64,000 nucleotides of DNA from a virus. The stretch covers positions 32,001 to 96,000 of IMG/VR virus record IMGVR_UViG_3300042945_001689. One strand, written 5' to 3'. Both the position numbers and the translations under genes were made by a program. The notes under the pieces were generated by a model, which searched no databases, was not told the origin of the DNA, and was given only the letters and a program-made list of their open reading frames with translations. Below, piece by piece: positions 30,061-38,851 of the stretch (the first letter of the stretch is position 1; each line of letters starts with the position of its first letter).

Positions 30061-30089
30061 TTGACAAACTTAGAAAGTTGGTGTATACT
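30061..30089 (+). promoter_or_regulatory. Sigma70/SigA-type promoter
   Basis: TTGACA-17-TATACT with TG extension. Confidence 0.7.
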
Positions 30090-30167
30090 TTAAATATATA
30101 AGAAAAAAGAACTATCTTTAAGTTAAATATATAGAAGATATCTTATATATAGTATATAGAGTATATC

Positions 30168-30383
30168 TTATTTATTAGAATCTGAAACTCGATTTTCAAT
30201 TAAAATGTCATACAGTTTGTCAACCTTAATTTCTAACCTGTTGACCTGGTCTTTTACACTAGATCCACCATTTGGGCGGAGTTCAGAAAGATAATGTTTT
30301 ACAAGCCACTTGATTCCAAAGGCGATTGATGATACAATTGTTAAGATGGCTACTAAAAGGGAAGCCCAATCTTGCACTGTCAT
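30168..30383 (-). CDS. Small membrane protein (holin-like)
   Basis: One TM helix then ELRPNGGSSVKD coiled segment, a pattern common in actinophages. Confidence 0.6.
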   Translation of the reverse strand: MTVQDWASLLVAILTIVSSIAFGIKWLVKHYLSELRPNGGSSVKDQVNRLEIKVDKLYDILIENRVSDSNK

Positions 30384-30418
30384 AATAAAATTAATTCTAT
30401 CACATTTTTAGGAGTGTT

Positions 30419-31195
30419 TTGAAAAAACAAATTCTGGATACCATTGCGTACTCCAAAAAGTTGATAGTCTCGCCAGATATCGATGGACTCATGTCGGCAA
30501 TGTTGTTATCAAAATATAATGGTTCGTCAGTGGTAGGTACATACGATAAAAATCTTTTAGTTCTCGCGGATGGCATTGATCCAAAAGACTGTCTATTCGT
30601 TGACTGCGATATGAACTCTCCAGACTATGTATCAATTGGAAACCATATGCGACTTATGGAAGACAATATTTCAGTCGAATCGTTTAATCCAAATACGCAT
30701 TACGAAGTCAAGCAATACAATCAAAAGTTTCCATTTGCAACGTGTTTCCTTCTCGCGTTTGGAATAGAGACTCAAACATCCCTATCTGACAACCTATGCA
30801 TGGCATATGCAGATTCGACTTACAAGAATAAAGTCAACTATGCACCTAACATGCAGCATTGGTCAATGTTGATGGATTGTCCAGAAGTTCAATTTGTTAT
30901 GAACAATGATGTCCACACATCTGTGGAAAACCATATGGGTTATATGGAAGGTAAGCAAGGTTTTGTTTCAAGACGATTAGGCAAGGAAAAGTATATTGAT
31001 CAAATGAACCAGGCATTAGATAATCAAGGCGCATGGTCATTTGCATTTCCTAATAAATTAACCAGGGGATACAAATACCAAACAGGCCTAATAGACAAAA
31101 CAACCTGTATACGATATAATAAAGATATAATCTCATACGCAGAAGTATATGGAGGAGAATATAGCGTGACTTATAAGGATGAAGTAGAATGGTAG
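30419..31195 (+). CDS. Possible DHH-like phosphoesterase
   Basis: SPDIDGLMSA resembles DHH motif I; the rest is weak. Confidence 0.35.
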   Translation: MKKQILDTIAYSKKLIVSPDIDGLMSAMLLSKYNGSSVVGTYDKNLLVLADGIDPKDCLFVDCDMNSPDYVSIGNHMRLMEDNISVESFNPNTHYEVKQYNQKFPFATCFLLAFGIETQTSLSDNLCMAYADSTYKNKVNYAPNMQHWSMLMDCPEVQFVMNNDVHTSVENHMGYMEGKQGFVSRRLGKEKYIDQMNQALDNQGAWSFAFPNKLTRGYKYQTGLIDKTTCIRYNKDIISYAEVYGGEYSVTYKDEVEW

Positions 31196-31380
31196 GGCCT
31201 TGGGATTTATTAAATCCAAATGCGCCAAGAACACCAGAAGGTCTTGCTGCTGCCCGCCTAGAAATCTGTCAATCGTGTGATTGGTTTAGACCAAAAACTC
31301 AAACATGTAAAAAGTGTGGATGTTTTATGAAACTTAAGACTACCCTTGAACAGGCTAAGTGTCCATTGGGTAAGTGGTAG
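31189..31380 (+). CDS. Small Cys-rich protein
   Basis: RLEICxxC...CKKCGCFM..K......CPLGKW. Confidence 0.7.
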   Translation: MVGPWDLLNPNAPRTPEGLAAARLEICQSCDWFRPKTQTCKKCGCFMKLKTTLEQAKCPLGKW

Positions 31381-32104
31381 ACTCATTACGATATATCCTA
31401 ACTAGGTTAGATATTGTTGGATATTGAGAGTTATACTTGTTTTCCATAAGAAGTAAGCCATGAACGTTGTTTGCTTCGCATTCCCTCAAAAATTCAATAA
31501 ACTCATTTTCTGAAAAATTTTCTAGATCTACATTGTCTGGTCTATCATCTCCTATTACAGGACAAATTGAGATAACATACTTTTTGTCAGTTAGATCAAA
31601 CTTATTTATTTTATACCAAGAATATGGAACAATCATTGGAAAGTCATTATCTGCACAAACATTAAAAACCTCTTTGTTTGTTGTTGAAATGTAAAAGTCA
31701 TTATCGCTTATTCTTTTAAATTCTTTTGCATATTCAAGCATATAGTTAGATCTTTCAATATTTGATGAATTGTCGTTTAGATCAGACAATATACCGCCAA
31801 AAATTTTTTCTTTCTCGTAGATAAATCCACTTATAAAATTAATTGATACTGCCTTGTCATTAATTTCATTTATAGAAGAACATATCATAGATAGATACTG
31901 TGGCGAGATTGAGTGAGGCCTAATTGCAACTATAAATTTAAAGTTATCTTTTTCCATTATTCTAGATATTTTTGTAAAGTAGTCATTGCTATAGATTGTG
32001 TATGGATACATTACACCATCAAATTTTTTATACTGCAGGTTTTTCTTTTTTTTTATAAGTCCAGTAATATTTGTAGAATATCTGTCAAACCAGATTATAT
32101 CCAC
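31355..32104 (-). CDS. Truncated luciferase-like monooxygenase (LLM)-family protein
   Basis: FIVAIRP..ISPQYL...S...I....INFISG; paralog of 47264-47998. Confidence 0.5.
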   Translation of the reverse strand: MDIIWFDRYSTNITGLIKKKKNLQYKKFDGVMYPYTIYSNDYFTKISRIMEKDNFKFIVAIRPHSISPQYLSMICSSINEINDKAVSINFISGFIYEKEKIFGGILSDLNDNSSNIERSNYMLEYAKEFKRISDNDFYISTTNKEVFNVCADNDFPMIVPYSWYKINKFDLTDKKYVISICPVIGDDRPDNVDLENFSENEFIEFLRECEANNVHGLLLMENKYNSQYPTISNLVRIYRNESTTYPMDT

Positions 32105-32337
32105 TACTCTTCCTTACAACTACAATGATTACAAACATCTTCTTTGAATAATTGAGTTGCCCATTTATCTTCTAGCCATAAAGGGTTTGGAGGAGTGTGT
32201 GTCTTGTTAATCTCTACCCATGTTTCTCTACCCATATTGTCTGTTCTAGGAATATGGCTTGATTCGAACTCAGGAGCCTTTGGTTCTTCCTGGAAATCTA
32301 TGTCCCAGGCATTTTCGAAATTATCTAATATACCCAT
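32104..32337 (-). CDS. Hypothetical protein
   Basis: 77 aa ORF with TATAAT just upstream (leaderless). Confidence 0.6.
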   Translation of the reverse strand: MGILDNFENAWDIDFQEEPKAPEFESSHIPRTDNMGRETWVEINKTHTPPNPLWLEDKWATQLFKEDVCNHCSCKEE

Positions 32338-32553
32338 GTATTTATTATACCCGAAAATCTGAAAAATTTTGGTTTTGAGAAAATCTGAATATTTTGTAAA
32401 GATGTATGATACATGATTTTAAAAAAAACACACAAAAAAATTAGTGAGCACACCGCAGAGATATGCCCACTATGCATGGCCTTTTATTTTAAACTATGCA
32501 CCCACTTTTATTTTACACTATGCACCCTTGTTTATTTCTTAGGGGTGCCACCT

Positions 32554-32730
32554 CTATAATGTATTCCCCTGCACGTAGCCGTCAATACATAATAGATCGC
32601 ATGTAATTTTTACACGCTGGTTAGGTAGTAGTGTTGATTTAAATACCTCAATAAAATCGTAGACCTCTTGCTTAGTCATGAGGTTAATGTTGCGAGTGTT
32701 ACCTGACATTGTTGTTAGTGTTACTTTCAT
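32554..32730 (-). CDS. Small early protein (58 aa), paralog of 33886-34062
   Basis: MKVTLTTMSGNTRNINL...; AAAGGA RBS; below the ORF-track cutoff. Confidence 0.65.
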   Translation of the reverse strand: MKVTLTTMSGNTRNINLMTKQEVYDFIEVFKSTLLPNQRVKITCDLLCIDGYVQGNTL

Positions 32731-32864
32731 TTAGTTTCCTTTAGTAGTGCATAGACATTGGTTAATTGTAATTGTGTTACCCTTTTGGATAACGCTTGCG
32801 AGAGTGTCACACTCATCGCAGATGTAAAGATGATCGAACATATCCATAATGTTACCCATATTGG

Positions 32865-33059
32865 TTACTCTCCTAAAAAATAATCTAATTTGTAGCGTGA
32901 GAGGTGAAACCACTCACCTGATTCTAGTAACACACTCTTAGCGTGTTGATTAGACTTTTTGATCTTAACGATCTTGCCTGATTTAACTAAGGCAAAAGAT
33001 AGAGGCATTGTAATAATATCTCCAATTTCGATATTGTCGTATAGTGATAATGTAGTCAT
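32865..33059 (-). CDS. Small early protein
   Basis: GAAAGG RBS; first gene of the leftward early transcript. Confidence 0.65.
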   Translation of the reverse strand: MTTLSLYDNIEIGDIITMPLSFALVKSGKIVKIKKSNQHAKSVLLESGEWFHLSRYKLDYFLGE

Positions 33060-33215
33060 TTAGTAACTACCTTTCTTTTAATGTGATAAACCTTGTGTTT
33101 ATCGCTTTCCTTGACCTAGGTTATTTGCTCTTATTTGCTACGCTCACTCTATTTCTAGATTTATTTGGTAGGCTCAGAGGCTCACTAGGATTTCTTATTT
33201 AATTTTATAGTAGTA

Positions 33216-33244
33216 ATACTAGCATAGAAATCTCAAAAAGTCAA
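33216..33244 (-). promoter_or_regulatory. Leftward SigA-type early promoter
   Basis: TTGACT-17-TAGTAT on the minus strand. Confidence 0.65.
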
Positions 33245-33295
33245 GTTTAGACACGGACAAATCGGACATTTTTTGTGTGATCTGTACCACATTTA

Positions 33296-33339
33296 CCCGC
33301 GGGCCCCGACACGCCCGACCTCGTTGTGGGTTATCCACA
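33296..33339 (+). repeat. 44 bp block duplicated at 35895-35938 (one mismatch)
   Basis: CCCGCGGGCCCCGACACGCCCGACCTCGTTGTGRGTTATCCACA. Confidence 0.95.
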
Positions 33340-33434
33340 TGATGTACATCACATCCAGAATTGAGCGTGAGTTATCCACATGACCTACATCACATTTCAA
33401 AATGTCCGTTTTGGTATGATTACTGGTCAGTAGA

Positions 33435-33456
33435 TGTCAGACCCCCCTGCTATACT
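33435..33456 (+). promoter_or_regulatory. RecA-NDp/PafBC-like promoter 1
   Basis: TGTCAG-N10-TATACT. Confidence 0.7.
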
Positions 33457-33511
33457 TCTAGGTATAGAAGGTTGAAAAAGAAGTAAACCCCTTAAAGAAA
33501 GGAAGTCCAGA

Positions 33512-33721
33512 ATGACTTCACTAAATGTAAATGTAACTACTAAACAATATGAATTGCGTTGGTCTGGATTGCAGACTTCTAGCAATTACACTTCATCTAA
33601 TTTAGGTGGATTGTTCAATGATGAAAAGTCTATGAACGACTACTTAGATCAAAAAGTATCTGAGGGTTGGATAATCCTTGAAACTTCCGTTAATGTTTTT
33701 GAGCCTTTGGAGGTAAAGTAA
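33512..33721 (+). CDS. Small early protein
   Basis: GAAAGGA RBS, downstream of promoter. Confidence 0.7.
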   Translation: MTSLNVNVTTKQYELRWSGLQTSSNYTSSNLGGLFNDEKSMNDYLDQKVSEGWIILETSVNVFEPLEVK

Positions 33722-33885
33722 TGAACGCTATTTATTCACTAAAATCTATCTGCGGAAAGAATACTTTCTATGTAGATGCATATGATGTAAATTTTAATCC
33801 TAATGGTGCAACATGTTGCGATAATTGCAAATCAATTTTAATCTGCCGTGAGGCTTGGGACTTTCTCTATAAGGGGGATAAATAA

Positions 33886-34062
33886 ATGATAAAACTTAAA
33901 CTAACTACGTTTAATGGTACTACTAAGGATATTTCTTTCAGTACCTCGTCAGATGTGCGTACATATATTGACGCACTAAAAAATACACTACCTAAATCAG
34001 TAGTGTTGCAAGTATCTTGCGATACTCTTGGAATATCGGGTCACTTGAAAGGAAACAAATAA
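33886..34062 (+). CDS. Small early protein (58 aa), paralog of 32554-32730
   Basis: MIKLKLTTFNGTTKDISF... Confidence 0.65.
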   Translation: MIKLKLTTFNGTTKDISFSTSSDVRTYIDALKNTLPKSVVLQVSCDTLGISGHLKGNK

Positions 34063-34607
34063 TGAACCTTGATGAATATAAACAATTCGTAAAAACAAAA
34101 CGTCAGATGTCAAAAATTGACGCTATGGCAATTCTTGAAAATGCTAAAAAGCAAAATGAACTTATCCACTCTCAAAAAGAAAATGGTGAAAACTAATGAG
34201 CCTTGAACTACAAGACACACTGGCTATATGCCGTCAAATTCGTAACAATGATCGTGATAGTGGAACACACTACTTACTAGGTTATCTATGGGCTAACACT
34301 TCAGATAAAGAAAAGAAAAGAATCTATAAATTGTTCAAGGCAGACCTTGATGAGATTGGAGAAAAATAAAATGGAATTCGTAATTGTGTGCATGCATTGT
34401 TGGAAGAATACAAAATATGATGCGCTATCAGATGCAAGAGGGTTGCCGTGTAATCAATGCGGTAAAATCCTATAGGATGTGTTTAGACAAATAGTCTAAA
34501 AAAGCCCGCGGGCCCCTGTCCAAAATGTCCGATTTGTGATATGTGATGTAACACACATTGAGAGTTGTCCGATTTGTCTGATAATTACTTGACATAATGT
34601 GTGCAAA

Positions 34608-34629
34608 TGTCAGACCCCCCTGCTATAAT
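34608..34629 (+). promoter_or_regulatory. RecA-NDp/PafBC-like promoter 2
   Basis: TGTCAG-N10-TATAAT. Confidence 0.7.
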
Positions 34630-34682
34630 ATAAATATAAAGAAAACAAGCGGTAAAGAAATCCGCTAAGAAAGGTGGTCAAA

Positions 34683-34880
34683 ATGACTACATTAAATAAA
34701 ACTCAATGTGTGAATGGTAATTCTCACACCCCTAATCGTAAAGCAATTTCAATAATTGCTCACAATTTCGATTGTTCCGATTACTTTACATTTTGCGAAG
34801 TTTGCGAGCAAAACATTTCAGCATTCTCATTCTATGATGAGGATCGTGGAGATGTTCTCAGCAAATGGTCAATAGACTAA
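34683..34880 (+). CDS. Small early protein, possible Zn-binding
   Basis: GAAAGG RBS; CEVC plus other Cys/His. Confidence 0.6.
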   Translation: MTTLNKTQCVNGNSHTPNRKAISIIAHNFDCSDYFTFCEVCEQNISAFSFYDEDRGDVLSKWSID

Positions 34881-34941
34881 AAGGTCGTGTGATTAACCTC
34901 ACATTCCAAATGTCCTAAATGTCCGTTTTTGGATTTGATTA

Positions 34942-34963
34942 TGTCAGTCCAATCTGGTAAGAT
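34942..34963 (+). promoter_or_regulatory. RecA-NDp/PafBC-like promoter 3, with perfect CRP box at 34888-34903
   Basis: TGTCAG-N10-TAAGAT; TGTGA-TTAACC-TCACA upstream. Confidence 0.7.
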
Positions 34964-34996
34964 AAATACATAACAAAAAAAGAAAGAGGTGGCACT

Positions 34997-35200
34997 ATGT
35001 CAGCCAATGTTTACTCAGTCCAATCCCTACTAGTGGGAACCGAATATCAGTCTGCAACCTTAACGGGTAAGATCGTTAGAGCAGAAGCGCACCCTAAAGC
35101 CGTATGGTATGATGGTTGCGAAAGTTATCTCGTAGAAATCCGACCTGAAATCGGATTTAGAAATGCTTATCGCACCATAGCGGTAAAAACTTCTAATTAA
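34997..35200 (+). CDS. Small early protein
   Basis: GAGGTGG RBS. Confidence 0.7.
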   Translation: MSANVYSVQSLLVGTEYQSATLTGKIVRAEAHPKAVWYDGCESYLVEIRPEIGFRNAYRTIAVKTSN

Positions 35201-35271
35201 ATAAAATCGAAACAAGGGCAGTTTAGAGAGTGTTCTCGCCCGATGTCGTAAGTAAGAACTCTCACCAATAT

Positions 35272-35293
35272 TGTCAGTGCCCACTGATATAAT
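35272..35293 (+). promoter_or_regulatory. RecA-NDp/PafBC-like promoter 4
   Basis: TTGTCAGTG-N8-TATAAT, exact match to tTGTCRgtg-N8-TAnnnT. Confidence 0.75.
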
Positions 35294-35325
35294 TTAACTC
35301 AACTAAAGAATAGGAAATAAAAACA

Positions 35326-35532
35326 ATGAAAAAAATAACCCACTCGCTACAATTCGTTACCGAGGTTGATGAAAATCACCCAATAGGAATGCAACTGCTT
35401 TCACTTTCACGAGAAATGCAAAAAGAAATGCTTGAAGGAATGTTAAAAGAACTGGTTGCACCAAAAATTCAACCAATCCTTGACTTTCTTAATGAAGGCA
35501 ATTCATATGCAATTCTAAAGGTGGCAGACTAA
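35326..35532 (+). CDS. Small early protein
   Basis: ORF directly after promoter 4. Confidence 0.65.
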   Translation: MKKITHSLQFVTEVDENHPIGMQLLSLSREMQKEMLEGMLKELVAPKIQPILDFLNEGNSYAILKVAD

Positions 35533-35732
35533 TGATGACACGAAAAGACTATGTCGCAACTGCTGAAATTCTAAGCAATTATTTTGCTACATCTATTTTT
35601 GATGAGCAGGCAGAAATTTTATTTGCTGATTTGGTAGATGAATTTTCGCTAATGTTTGAAAGTGATAATCCAAGATTTGACGCAAATAAATTTGCTCTTG
35701 CTTGCTATAAAGAAATTGAGGTAAATGCGTGA
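35532..35732 (+). CDS. Small early protein
   Basis: MTRKDY...DNPRFD..KF..AC pattern seen in phage early genes. Confidence 0.7.
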   Translation: MMTRKDYVATAEILSNYFATSIFDEQAEILFADLVDEFSLMFESDNPRFDANKFALACYKEIEVNA

Positions 35733-35862
35733 ATAGATTTTTAACAACAATCGTTCAACTATTTTTAGCGGGTAGCGTTTTCATTTTATTTAAAATGATG
35801 TTACCAATGCTAAAAGAAGATTTTCAACAAATAAAAAATGATTTAACAAAATAAAAAAAATT

Positions 35863-35887
35863 CCTAAGCAAGAATAAAAACTGCTTA
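35863..35887 (+). repeat. Dispersed hairpin CCTRAGYA-loop-AAAC-TGCTYA, copy 1 of 6 (others at 38080, 38611, 38696, 39570, 40706)
   Basis: Six intergenic copies with compensatory and wobble changes in the stem. Confidence 0.85.
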
Positions 35888-36003
35888 AATTTTGCCCGCG
35901 GGCCCCGACACGCCCGACCTCGTTGTGAGTTATCCACAACTCCTTTACGTGTGGTTAAGATCACACCCCAAAACCTGCAAAACCCCCTTAATGAATTATG
36001 AGA

Positions 36004-36025
36004 TGTCAGTCAAATATGCTAGGAT
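36004..36025 (+). promoter_or_regulatory. RecA-NDp/PafBC-like promoter 5
   Basis: TGTCAG-N10-TAGGAT. Confidence 0.7.
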
Positions 36026-36052
36026 TGTATTATTCCAAAGAAAGGAAAACTA

Positions 36053-36247
36053 ATGGGAAACTTGTTTGATAAAATAGGAATTTGCTACACTTGCTATGAT
36101 GAGGGCGTTATCTTTACTGATATGGATAGCGATGGATTTATAAATGATTTCTGCGCTGATTGTGAAAAAGGTCAGGTATTTGCTAATGACTATTCAATAT
36201 GGTATGCTGAAAATGAAATGAACGAATACACTAAGGAGAACGCATAA
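36053..36247 (+). CDS. Small Zn-finger-like early protein
   Basis: CYTC...CADC; GAAAGGA RBS. Confidence 0.65.
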   Translation: MGNLFDKIGICYTCYDEGVIFTDMDSDGFINDFCADCEKGQVFANDYSIWYAENEMNEYTKENA

Positions 36248-36350
36248 TGACCTACTATGACGACTACTATGAAACTGATACGCCTACTGCCGTAGGTTGC
36301 TACTGCAAAATAAATTATCTATGCTCAGAATGTAAAGGAAGTTACAACTA

Positions 36351-36563
36351 ATGGAATATGAATATCTAATTACCTGCGCCTATGACGGGAACGCTCCGCA
36401 TTGGGAGCAACGCTATGAAAACGAATATGGCGCATGGGAAAACTTTTTCCTATTTACTGATTGGGGAATGGCTGATGAATACTCAACAGTTAATCTTTAC
36501 ACGCCAACTGGCAAATGTTATACAAAAAACTTTTATCGTAGTGGAATGGTGAGTGTAAAATAA
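36351..36563 (+). CDS. Small early protein
   Basis: AAAGGA RBS; acidic/aromatic. Confidence 0.65.
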   Translation: MEYEYLITCAYDGNAPHWEQRYENEYGAWENFFLFTDWGMADEYSTVNLYTPTGKCYTKNFYRSGMVSVK

Positions 36564-36757
36564 TGACACAGGAAAATTTTAAATATAGTTGGGAACGCTA
36601 TACTATTTGGGATACCCCCGAAGTTTGGGAAGAACCATGCGGTGATGAAAGGGCTGAATTGAATGGCGTTGTGTCTTGGGAGTTAGAAGATGAAGAGCCA
36701 TTTATTTCTTTAGAAGAAGATCCAGAAATGGAAGATTGGTTAATGAGTAATGTTTAA
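36563..36757 (+). CDS. Small highly acidic early protein
   Basis: Coupled start; very E/D/W-rich. Confidence 0.6.
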   Translation: MTQENFKYSWERYTIWDTPEVWEEPCGDERAELNGVVSWELEDEEPFISLEEDPEMEDWLMSNV

Positions 36758-37001
36758 GATGTAAAATATAAAAACCCCCGCGGGCGATGTCCGATTTGTC
36801 CAGAATCTCCCAGGATTTGATTTCTAAGATTATTTATGATATTATTTTTATATGTGGAAAAAAACAAGCGAAGAGTTACGTAGAATACAAGAGTTACGTA
36901 GATCTAATGCTGCTACCCCTTTACGGGACAAGTCTAAATATTCCCGAAAAAACAAGCATAAGAAACTTGACATTTATCTCCCTGAAAGGTAGAATATTAA
37001 T

Positions 37002-37730
37002 ATGAACCCAACTCACACCCTGAAACGCTCTAATGATAGGAAAGTAACTAATGCTGTCAGTCCTAATGGTAAGACTCCAACAATTGCTAACACCTTCGGA
37101 CTACCCGCAGGCAAAGAGTACTCCTGTCCTGGAGAAACCCCTACCTGCAAAAAAGTCTGCTACGCAGGAAAACTTGAAAAGATCTACAAAGGCGTAAAAG
37201 CCGTACTATTACATAATTGGGATTTGCTAAGCAATGCAGATTTTGATACCCAGGTACAATTGATAGATGAAATGATTATTGATTTCAAGTCTGATTGTGT
37301 AAAGAAAGACGCTCCTATGCTATTCCGTATCCACTGGGACGGAGATTTCTTCAATGATCAATACACTCTGGCCTGGAAGACAGTAATTGAAAGACACGAA
37401 GATGTTCAATTTTGGGTATACACGAGAGTAGCAAGCGCTGCTAGGATTCTTAAGGATGTTTCTAATTTAGGATTATATTATTCTACAGACGGCGATAACA
37501 AAAATATTGCACAAGGTCTCTCGGAAGAAGGAATAAAACTAGCATATCTTTCTACTACATTTGCGTTAGGTAAGGAAGATATGCTAAACTTGATAGGTAA
37601 GTCAGCCGTCAAGTGTCCTGAGAATAATAAAAAGATTCCCCTCATTTCTAAACAGGGGTCAGCGTGTGTTACTTGCGGTCAATGTGTATTTGAGCGTAAT
37701 AATATCCTATTTTCTAGTACTAAGAAATGA
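37002..37730 (+). CDS. GP88-like protein (radical-SAM-related Cys motif)
   Basis: FGLPAG..SCPG....CKKVCYA and FRIHWDGDF; TTGACA-17-TAGAAT promoter at 36967. Confidence 0.75.
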   Translation: MNPTHTLKRSNDRKVTNAVSPNGKTPTIANTFGLPAGKEYSCPGETPTCKKVCYAGKLEKIYKGVKAVLLHNWDLLSNADFDTQVQLIDEMIIDFKSDCVKKDAPMLFRIHWDGDFFNDQYTLAWKTVIERHEDVQFWVYTRVASAARILKDVSNLGLYYSTDGDNKNIAQGLSEEGIKLAYLSTTFALGKEDMLNLIGKSAVKCPENNKKIPLISKQGSACVTCGQCVFERNNILFSSTKK

Positions 37731-37891
37731 GGAACTATGGAAGTCCTAATTGTCCTATTTATCGGTATTGTCGTATTGTTGGCTGGCTTGGGACATAAGT
37801 GATTTATCTCACACCAAAACTAGGCTCTACGATTTGATATTTTCTAGCAACCCTGCTAGAATTGTAATAACAACAAAAGAAAGGAAGCAAA

Positions 37892-38050
37892 ATGGCAAAG
37901 TCAGCACTATACAAAGTAGGCGACACCTATACCTCTCAAAAGAGCAAGGTAACAGGAACCATCTTGGAGATTTCTCCAAACTCATCTGGCTCGGTGCGAG
38001 TTAAACTAGATGTAGAGGGAAATACCCGTTGGACAACTTGGAAGGCATAA
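37892..38050 (+). CDS. Small early protein (52 aa)
   Basis: MAKSALYKVGDTY...; GAAAGGA RBS; TTGATA-17-TAGAAT promoter. Confidence 0.65.
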   Translation: MAKSALYKVGDTYTSQKSKVTGTILEISPNSSGSVRVKLDVEGNTRWTTWKA

Positions 38051-38137
38051 GCCTTTAGGTTTAGCAAACGCTAACCAGACCTGAGCAAGTCTAGGATAAA
38101 CTGCTCACCAAACCCCTTACCCGAAAGGAACCCAAAT

Positions 38138-38560
38138 ATGGCACGACAGAAAGCAATCTCAGTAAAAATTGCAACAAGCAAAGTAATCAAGGCACTAGAA
38201 ACTCGTCTAGCAGAACTAGAAAAGAACTATGCCTCACAAGAAGCCAATGAAGCAAAGTATCAGAAGGCTTACAAGAATTGGCAGAAAGAACTACAAGAGT
38301 TCGCTATTGCTAATATCAAGAAGGCAGAAAACTTCCGCACATCATATCGTTCTTGGAATAAGACCTTGAACATTGACTACGACATCATCACAAACGAGGA
38401 CTCTTTACCAAAAGAGCCTGAGCGTGATTTTGAGCAACTCCATCAACACAGTTATCGTGAGATGAAAGAGGAAATGGAAAATGCTATCCGTATTCTCAAA
38501 ATGACAGATGAGGAAGTTGTAAGCACATCAACTTACAATGCTATTTCTCGTTATCTTTAA
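38138..38560 (+). CDS. Coiled-coil hypothetical protein
   Basis: GAAAGGA RBS, 140 aa. Confidence 0.75.
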   Translation: MARQKAISVKIATSKVIKALETRLAELEKNYASQEANEAKYQKAYKNWQKELQEFAIANIKKAENFRTSYRSWNKTLNIDYDIITNEDSLPKEPERDFEQLHQHSYREMKEEMENAIRILKMTDEEVVSTSTYNAISRYL

Positions 38561-38798
38561 CAAGATAGGCACACGGATAATTTAATTATCTATACGCCTT
38601 AGTTAAATCTCCTGAGTATGAGGCTAAACTGCTCACCAACTTTCATCTCTGCTAAGCCCCAGGCCATGATGCGTGGGTATGCCTGAGATGATCTTCCTGA
38701 GCATGAGGTTAAACTGCTCATTTTTGCCCCGCGGGGGATTGTGATAAACATCACATTCTTAAAAAATGTCCAGAAACGCCCAATTTAAGATTAGACAA

Positions 38799-38820
38799 TG
38801 TCAGCCCTATCCGCTAGAAT
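38799..38820 (+). promoter_or_regulatory. RecA-NDp/PafBC-like promoter 6, with perfect CRP box at 38740-38755
   Basis: TGTCAG-N10-TAGAAT; TGTGA-TAAACA-TCACA. Confidence 0.7.
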
Positions 38821-38851
38821 TATATTAACAACAACGAAAGGAACAACCCCT

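Noticed and set aside
33290-33311. Minus-strand TGTCGG as an additional PafBC-type promoter (also 35889-35910)
   Set aside because: The hexamers at the required spacing are TAAATG and CAAAAT, which do not fit TAnnnT.
36787-37005. 72 aa ORF (similarly 37750-38004)
   Set aside because: 36787-37005 spans a promoter/repeat block and lacks an RBS; 37750-38004 spans a promoter and overlaps the better-supported 37892-38050 gene in another frame.
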